A DNA stretch of 64,000 nt. Origin: Vicinamibacterales bacterium. Lineage in GTDB: Bacteria > Acidobacteriota > Vicinamibacteria > Vicinamibacterales > UBA8438. This document shows positions 58,389-64,000 of this stretch, piece by piece; positions within the stretch are counted from its first letter, which is position 1; every line of letters begins with the position of its first letter. The stretch spans positions 2,067,431 to 2,131,430 of the forward strand of contig OZ242205.1 in NCBI GenBank assembly GCA_965206285.1, read 5' to 3'. Both the position numbers and the translations under genes were made by a program. The notes under the pieces were generated by a model that saw only the letters and a list, made by a program, of their open reading frames with translations, did not search any database and had not been told where the DNA came from.

Positions 58389-59465
58389 TCAGGAAGCCGA
58401 TGCGCCGACGACGGCGGGAAACCGGATCTCGAACATTCGGCTCGCGCGGACGGTGACCGAGACGGCATCGCGCCCGGGATCGGGGACCAGAAACAGGGCC
58501 GCGACTCCGTGCTGCTCCGCGTGGTCGAGGCCGTTGTCCGCTCCCATCACATAGAGCGCCGTCGAGAGGATGTCGGCGGCCAGTGGGTCCTCGTGCCATA
58601 CGGTAACGGACTCCGGCCGGTGGATCGGCTGTCCCGTCCGAGGATCGAGGATGTGACCCACCGGCCGGCCGTCGACTACCCGGGACCGCTCAGAGGCCCC
58701 GCTCGTGGCGAGCGAACCGGTCGTGAGGGTGAGCGCCAGCGCCACCTGATGCCGCCGGGCGGGATGGGCGATGGCTACCGGCCAACCGGCTCCGGCGGGC
58801 TGCCCGCCCACCGCGATCTGACCTCCGAAGTCGACCATCCACGGATCGCCGTCGGCCGAGGCGTCGACGAGCCGCCGCAGGGCCTCGCCCTTGCCGAACG
58901 CCCCGGCATCGAGGGTCGCGTCCGCCGCGCGCGTGACGCGGCAGGTCTCGGCATCGAAGCGGAAGTGGGCAAGACCGGTCGCCGCCCGCGCCGCGCTCGG
59001 GACTTCCGGCGCCGGCACTGCGCTCCCCGCGCGCAGTCCCCACGCCTCGACGAGCCGCCCGACGGCCGGGTCGAACGCCCCGCCGGTCAGGCGATGCCAC
59101 CGCGCGAGCCGGGGCCAAAGGCCGCACAGGGCCGGCGGCAGCCCGAACGGCTCGCCGATCGGCTGCCGGTTGAGGGCGCCGAGGACACTGTCGACCCGCC
59201 ACGTGCTCAGCGACGCCTCGGTGCGCTCGATCACCCCGACCATCCGCTCGAGCGCATGCAGCCCGGCCGAACGGTCGGCCGCCTGCACGACCAGGATCGC
59301 CCACGTCCCCATCAGGTAGACCGTGCGCTCGACCTGAATCGGGGCGGCGGCGGGCGTCTGTCGAACCCCGGCGAAACCACCGGCACGCCACGGCGCCTCG
59401 GCGATCGTCAGCGCCGTTCCGCCGCACGCCAGGCAGACCGCCGCGACGATCGTCACGGCTTTCAT
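58389..59465 (-). CDS. apbE: FAD:protein FMN transferase
   Basis: LMGT, GAFDPAVG, LDAGAFGKG, DFGG, LATSG, HILDPRTG, ADILSTAL. Confidence 0.9.
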   Translation of the reverse strand: MKAVTIVAAVCLACGGTALTIAEAPWRAGGFAGVRQTPAAAPIQVERTVYLMGTWAILVVQAADRSAGLHALERMVGVIERTEASLSTWRVDSVLGALNRQPIGEPFGLPPALCGLWPRLARWHRLTGGAFDPAVGRLVEAWGLRAGSAVPAPEVPSAARAATGLAHFRFDAETCRVTRAADATLDAGAFGKGEALRRLVDASADGDPWMVDFGGQIAVGGQPAGAGWPVAIAHPARRHQVALALTLTTGSLATSGASERSRVVDGRPVGHILDPRTGQPIHRPESVTVWHEDPLAADILSTALYVMGADNGLDHAEQHGVAALFLVPDPGRDAVSVTVRASRMFEIRFPAVVGASAS

Positions 59466-60001
59466 GGGGCAAGCGGGGCCGCGGGGCGGAGCGTGCCGGG
59501 ACGGCGGCCGAGCCGCCAGCCGATGACCATGTGGGTGGTGTAGCCGACCGCGAAGATGGCGCTCGCGGCGACGTGGATCCAGATCCACGCCGTGATCCAC
59601 GCGGGACTCGCGGTGACCTGGATGAGATAGCCGGTCAACGCCATCACCGAGAAGCCGACCAGCGACGTCCAACCCGTCCTCCGGTTCCGGGGGCTCGCCG
59701 ACAGCAGCTTGCGCAGGGTGTGCGTCCGGAAGAGCATGCCGAAGAAGACGACGAAGAACGGTGCGGCGACGATGTGCCAGGCGAGCATGGACGGCTGCCA
59801 GGAATGATTGACGACCGCGAAGGGATCGGTGGAGGCCATCAGGTACTTCATGCAGAAGTAGGCGATGCCGGTCGCCGCCACCACGGCGTGGAGAAGGTTG
59901 AAGGCCCACCTCTCCCACCACGTCATCGACAGAGTGACGGCCGGAGGTTGCGCGGCGGGCCGACGGCGGTCCGCCGCGTCGCGCTTCACCGGGCTGTGCA
60001 T
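59462..60001 (-). CDS. Four-TM membrane protein with conserved His (possible heme b binding)
   Basis: DPFAVVNHSWQ..LAWHI, RTH, WIHV. Stop overlaps the apbE start. Confidence 0.6.
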   Translation of the reverse strand: MHSPVKRDAADRRRPAAQPPAVTLSMTWWERWAFNLLHAVVAATGIAYFCMKYLMASTDPFAVVNHSWQPSMLAWHIVAAPFFVVFFGMLFRTHTLRKLLSASPRNRRTGWTSLVGFSVMALTGYLIQVTASPAWITAWIWIHVAASAIFAVGYTTHMVIGWRLGRRPGTLRPAAPLAP

Positions 60002-60166
60002 GACCGATACCCACCTCGGACGCCGCGCCACCCGGGGCCCGCGGCGAGCGCACGACTGCCATTCGCCCCCGACGCACGGGGTGCCACGACCGCCTCAGTC
60101 ATCGGAGCCGGAGGCCGGCACCCCATCCTGGACCTCGCGGCGCTCTCCGGCATGAACGCGGCCGGC

Positions 60167-60715
60167 TCATTCAGCCGCGCCGCGCTCCAGCACCTGGTCG
60201 GTGGCCAGCACGCGCCGCACGGCCGCGTTCGTGGCGACCCCCGACAGGGTCGCGCCGGCAATCGTTCGGATCGCCCGGCGCAGCGCCAGGTCGTCGTCGA
60301 GCGGACGGTCGTCGTACTGCGCGAGCCACCGCTCGGACGGCAGATACTCGATGGGCTCGAGGAAGGCGGTTACGTCGATGCGCTTCACCGTGCCGTCCGC
60401 GTGCAGCGATATCAGCAGGCTCTCGCGCTTCGTGCGCACGACGTGCGTATCGACGTACGCACGCCCCACGACGGCCCCGTCCTTCGTCGCCACGTAACGG
60501 GCGACGAGGCCGCTCACGTCGTCGACCCGGGCCAGCTCGCCGATCGCTCGGCGCTGGGCCCGGGTCAGGAAGACGCGCTCGGCCGGCGCCTCGGCGCCGG
60601 GAAAGACGGCGGCCAGGGCCTCCTCGCGCGTGATGCGGCCGCCCTGCGCGGAGAGCCCCGCGCCGGCCGCGACCAGCAACGCCAATGTCATCCCACCCGC
60701 CAGGCGTAATCGCAT
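60167..60715 (-). CDS. Secreted FMN-binding protein
   Basis: Signal peptide, AFLEPIEY, WLAQY, flavinylation-like motif TIAGATLS. Confidence 0.8.
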   Translation of the reverse strand: MRLRLAGGMTLALLVAAGAGLSAQGGRITREEALAAVFPGAEAPAERVFLTRAQRRAIGELARVDDVSGLVARYVATKDGAVVGRAYVDTHVVRTKRESLLISLHADGTVKRIDVTAFLEPIEYLPSERWLAQYDDRPLDDDLALRRAIRTIAGATLSGVATNAAVRRVLATDQVLERGAAE

Positions 60716-60810
60716 CGTCAACTCGCGCGCCTCCTGCGTACCGCAGGCAGCCGCCGCTTTCCGGCCGAGCGCGCGAGGGGCAGGAACGTCCACCGCCGCA
60801 CTCGGCTACC

Positions 60811-62250
60811 TCAGAACGCGTACCCCAGGTTGATGTTGAACTGGTTTACTCCGGAGTTCGCGTCGTTGCTCACCCAGGCGTGGTCGATCTTGAGGACGAC
60901 GCCCGGGTTCGGCTTCAGCTCGATGCCGAACGTCAGGTACGTGTTGTCGGTCGAGAGGCTGCGCTCGAAGCCGGCCGGCATCTCGGCCTGGGTATCGACC
61001 GTTTCGTAGCGCACGTAGGGCGTCAGGCCCACGCCTCCGGCCTCAGGGACCTGGGACAGCAGATCGTAGCCGATCTGGATGTACTGACCCGCCAGCCCCG
61101 AGCCCACGCCGCTGCTGCCACTCTTCCCCAGCGCCATGTTGAGCATGGCCGCGTCGGAGAGGCTGGCGCGCGCCATGAGCGCCCGCAGGTCGAACCCGCG
61201 CACCTGGGCCTGACCGTGCAGGTCGAAGATGGTGGTGCCGATGCCGTACTCGGTGCCGTCCATGACGATTTCGCCCTGCCCCGAATCACCGGTGTAGAAG
61301 CTGGCCCCGAAGAAGACGCCCGGCGTGGGCGTGACGTCGAGCCGCCCGGTGAAGGCGAGGCTCGTCGACTTGGCCTTGCCGCCCTTCTGGCGGCCCCCGC
61401 GCAGGCCGCCCGACGAGAAGCTCGACCCGTTGAAGCCGTTGAGGACGTAGGCCCGGAACGACACCTGGTCGAAGGCGCCGTAGAAGCCGCCGCCGTTCTC
61501 GCGCCAGGTCGACGGGATGATCCTGTTCTCGGTGACGGGCCGCTCGGCCCCCATGAACACCGTCGGCTCGTGGAACTCGTTCACCAGCCCCATCGGCACC
61601 AGCAGCATGCCGCCCCGCAGCCCGAAGCTCTCCGTCGCCTGGTAGTCGACGTAGGCGAACTCGACGAAGATCTCCTTGGCGTGCTCGACCTCGATCTCGG
61701 AGTTGAACAGGAACTTGTCGCTGAACCGGTAGCCGGCGTAGAGAATGGCGCGCAGATAGTCGAACTGCGTCGTCTTGCCGCTGCTGTCGGCGTAGTTCTC
61801 GAGCAGCATCTCGCCGTACCCGGCGATGGACACGCCGCGATCGATGGCGTAGGTCGCGGATGCCGACGGGGCGAGCCCCAGCCGCCGCGCCTCGTCGACG
61901 TCCAGGCGCTCGTCCTCGCCGCTCCGCAGCCGTTCGATCTCCTCGGCCAGCACGTCGATGCGCCGCTCGAGCTCGGCGACGTCGGCCTCCTGCTCCGCCT
62001 CCGCCGCTTCGGCCTCCTCGGCGACCTCGGGCTCCTCGGCCTCGGGGTCCGGCTCGGCTTCGGGATCCGCGACCGCCTCGACGGCCCCCGGGGCACCTGC
62101 AACCACGGCCGGAGCTCCGGCCTCGGCAGGGATCGTCCGCCCGGTGTCCGCCAGGGCCCCCTGTGCCGACGCGGTGGCGGCGATGCCGCAGATCATGGTC
62201 ACGATGAGCACGTACTCGATGAGCCGGCGGCGGTCGTTCGTCATGGGCAT
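60811..62250 (-). CDS. Outer-membrane porin-like protein
   Basis: Signal peptide, coiled coil, IAGYGE, FNSEIEVEH, EFAYVDY, NEFHEP, terminal LGYAF. Start among 62244/62250/62274. Confidence 0.75.
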   Translation of the reverse strand: MPMTNDRRRLIEYVLIVTMICGIAATASAQGALADTGRTIPAEAGAPAVVAGAPGAVEAVADPEAEPDPEAEEPEVAEEAEAAEAEQEADVAELERRIDVLAEEIERLRSGEDERLDVDEARRLGLAPSASATYAIDRGVSIAGYGEMLLENYADSSGKTTQFDYLRAILYAGYRFSDKFLFNSEIEVEHAKEIFVEFAYVDYQATESFGLRGGMLLVPMGLVNEFHEPTVFMGAERPVTENRIIPSTWRENGGGFYGAFDQVSFRAYVLNGFNGSSFSSGGLRGGRQKGGKAKSTSLAFTGRLDVTPTPGVFFGASFYTGDSGQGEIVMDGTEYGIGTTIFDLHGQAQVRGFDLRALMARASLSDAAMLNMALGKSGSSGVGSGLAGQYIQIGYDLLSQVPEAGGVGLTPYVRYETVDTQAEMPAGFERSLSTDNTYLTFGIELKPNPGVVLKIDHAWVSNDANSGVNQFNINLGYAF

Positions 62251-62616
62251 GTCTCCTTCACGGATTGGTTGCATACCCCGACCGTCGCCCTATAATGGCC
62301 TTGCTGGACAAGTCAAAGCCGCGACTTGCTGAAGGGGGTAGCGGTGCGTGACGGTTCAGTTGGCCCGCCGGGTGTTGCCGCACCCGCGGGCCTTCTTTTC
62401 TCGGCCGGTCTTGCTTCGGCAGTTTTGCCGACCAGTAGCCTGCCCGGCCAAAGTTGAGACCAAATCTCAACTTCCGGGCGCAACTATACGCGCCTGGCGA
62501 TCCGTCGTCAACACAAAAGTGCGACGCGATCTCAATTCTTGCCCTTTGAACCGAATCTCCCACCGCCGTCGGAGTCACGACCGCGGGATTCGGGAGCACA
62601 GGGGGAGGGGCATCGA

Positions 62617-62925
62617 TCAGTTCGACGCCCCGACCGCGCGGCCGCTCACGAGGCGGCCGACGGCCTTCATCTTGCTCCAGAAGAAGTCGAACTGTCCGAG
62701 GAGGGTTCCGTATCCGAGCAGCAGAATCTGGTAGATGGGCAGCATGACCACCAGATAGACCGCCCACTGCTGCCACCCCGGCGTGGCCTCGGTGAACATC
62801 AGCCCCATCACCGGGCCCTTCAGCCGGACGGTAGTGAGACCGGCGAGCGAGAACGCCGCGAGAATGGCGACCACGCCGCCGGGCCCGACACCCCAACGCG
62901 ACTTCATGCGCTCGACAATCGTCAT
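62617..62925 (-). CDS. DUF6787-like small membrane protein
   Basis: KSRWGV, ILAAFSLAG, PIYQILLL.YG.LLGQFDFFW. Confidence 0.65.
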   Translation of the reverse strand: MTIVERMKSRWGVGPGGVVAILAAFSLAGLTTVRLKGPVMGLMFTEATPGWQQWAVYLVVMLPIYQILLLGYGTLLGQFDFFWSKMKAVGRLVSGRAVGASN

Positions 62926-63263
62926 CAGTCTCCTGCCACGTAGCTGTTCGAACGGCGCCACCTCGTCGGCGTCACGTACCAGCCGGTGGGTCACGACGGA
63001 ATTGTGCCATGTTCCAGGCCCGATCCGGCGGATGGCTCCGCGCGTTCGAGGAGTACAGACCGTACCCGAACGCCGCCGCCATCCGCCGAGCCGCGTCCAT
63101 TCGCGCCGCCTTCCCAGGCTGGAACGCGTCGCCCCGGCCGGATCCGGCAGCGGTCACCGTTTGTCGACGACCGAACGCGCGGGAATCCTCGAGCGGATGG
63201 CCCAGCCGGTCCACGAGCCCGGCACCGCTCCTGCGCGACGGGTGCCACCGCGCGCGGACGTCG

Positions 63264-64000
63264 CTATCGTTCGGCCACCTGCATCAGCACCCATTCGGAC
63301 AGCCGTTCGTCCGGCAGCAGGGCCTGACGGGCCATCCGGTACGGCAACCCCTCGAGCCGCTCCCGGATGCCGGCCTCGATACCCCCGTAGGACAGGAGCA
63401 GCGGGACGATCAACACGGACTTCCCGTCGTCGACGGCGCCCTCGACCACGGCGCGCAGCTCTGCCGTGGCCTGGTCCTGAACCGGTTCCGCCGCATCGTC
63501 ACGCACCGTCAGATGCTCGATGCGGCTGAAGCGCGTGCGGGTGCGCATCACCTCGATCAGGATGCTCATGTTCCCGAGCCAGAGCTCGTTGTCCTCCTCC
63601 GAGCTCGGGCCGTGCGCCACCACCACGACGACCTCTTCTTCCGGCGTCTCGCTGACGTCCAGGGCGCGGGAGATCAGGATCTCGGCAACCAGGGCGTGGC
63701 CGTCCAGCCCCCGTCCCACCGAGATCGGAATCGTCGTCTCGACCGGGGTGGTCCAGTCGAAGCCGGCGTCGTCACCCGTCGCCGCGTCCGGATTGCGGCG
63801 GGCGTGCATGCGGGCGGCCATGCGTGCGAAGGCCGCCATCTGCGGCGGCGCCTCGCCGCGACTCCCCAGCAGGTACTCGGTGGCGCGCATGACGCTGCTG
63901 TGCGAGGAGACGAACAGGGGAACCGCGACGACGCTGTCGACGTCTCGTTCCGCGAGACGGTCCAGCGCGTCCCGGATCGTCCGCTTGTTCGCCATGCCGA
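63264..64000 (-). CDS. CbiX/SirB-like chelatase-fold protein (5' end outside window)
   Basis: GMA, AVPLFVSSHS, VAHGP, TVRDDA, VPLLLSYGGIE. Confidence 0.7.
   Translation of the reverse strand, partial: GMANKRTIRDALDRLAERDVDSVVAVPLFVSSHSSVMRATEYLLGSRGEAPPQMAAFARMAARMHARRNPDAATGDDAGFDWTTPVETTIPISVGRGLDGHALVAEILISRALDVSETPEEEVVVVVAHGPSSEEDNELWLGNMSILIEVMRTRTRFSRIEHLTVRDDAAEPVQDQATAELRAVVEGAVDDGKSVLIVPLLLSYGGIEAGIRERLEGLPYRMARQALLPDERLSEWVLMQVAER

Noticed and set aside
65..62295. Many long Arg/Pro/Ala-rich overlapping ORFs (e.g. 334-2514 part, 34238-36265, 52798-54516, 55783-57459, 60685-62295)
   Set aside because: These are shadow frames of real genes, as expected in high-GC DNA, and carry no family motifs.
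62280..62616. Cobalamin or other riboswitch upstream of the porin operon
   Set aside because: I could not identify conserved riboswitch motifs by eye, only a weak TTGACT-16-TATAGG promoter-like match. An Rfam/Infernal scan would be needed.
1..64000. tRNA/rRNA genes, prophage structural genes
   Set aside because: None were recognisable.

Overview
High-GC bacterial accessory region. The gene content (PQQ beta-propeller dehydrogenases, a TonB receptor, and a repeated secreted 'PDLQGVW...FEYACHEGN' family) suggests an Acidobacteriota/Vicinamibacterales-like genome; this is an inference. Bases 1-33 kb form a defence island. It holds a DUF499 ATPase with a coupled small gene, qatABCD (qatA disrupted by an 85-bp templated transposase fragment and a 183-bp duplication), a PHP+ATPase (Ppl/TrlF-like) gene coupled to a Schlafen/AlbA_2 protein, a truncated GmrSD-like gene, an unknown LOTUS-domain gene pair, two DUF6036 nucleotidyltransferase modules and many TA modules. 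These are mixed with IS1380, ISKra4 and an IS630-type MITE and a patchwork of short gene remnants. Bases 33-64 kb hold ctaA-like, PQQ dehydrogenase, TonB receptor and ApbE/FMN-binding/porin genes, an IS1182/IS5-like element, and two candidate peptide systems. The first is a JmjC oxygenase divergent from a Tat/lipoprotein-type peptide with three TDSD repeats, followed by a PepSY-TM protein; this is the best candidate for an undescribed system. The second is a low-GC SdpABC-like cassette with an HTTM-DCC1 fusion. I saw no rRNA, tRNA or CRISPR array. All family calls come from motif recognition by eye, not from database searches. Many single-base frameshifts could be either real decay or sequencing/assembly error.
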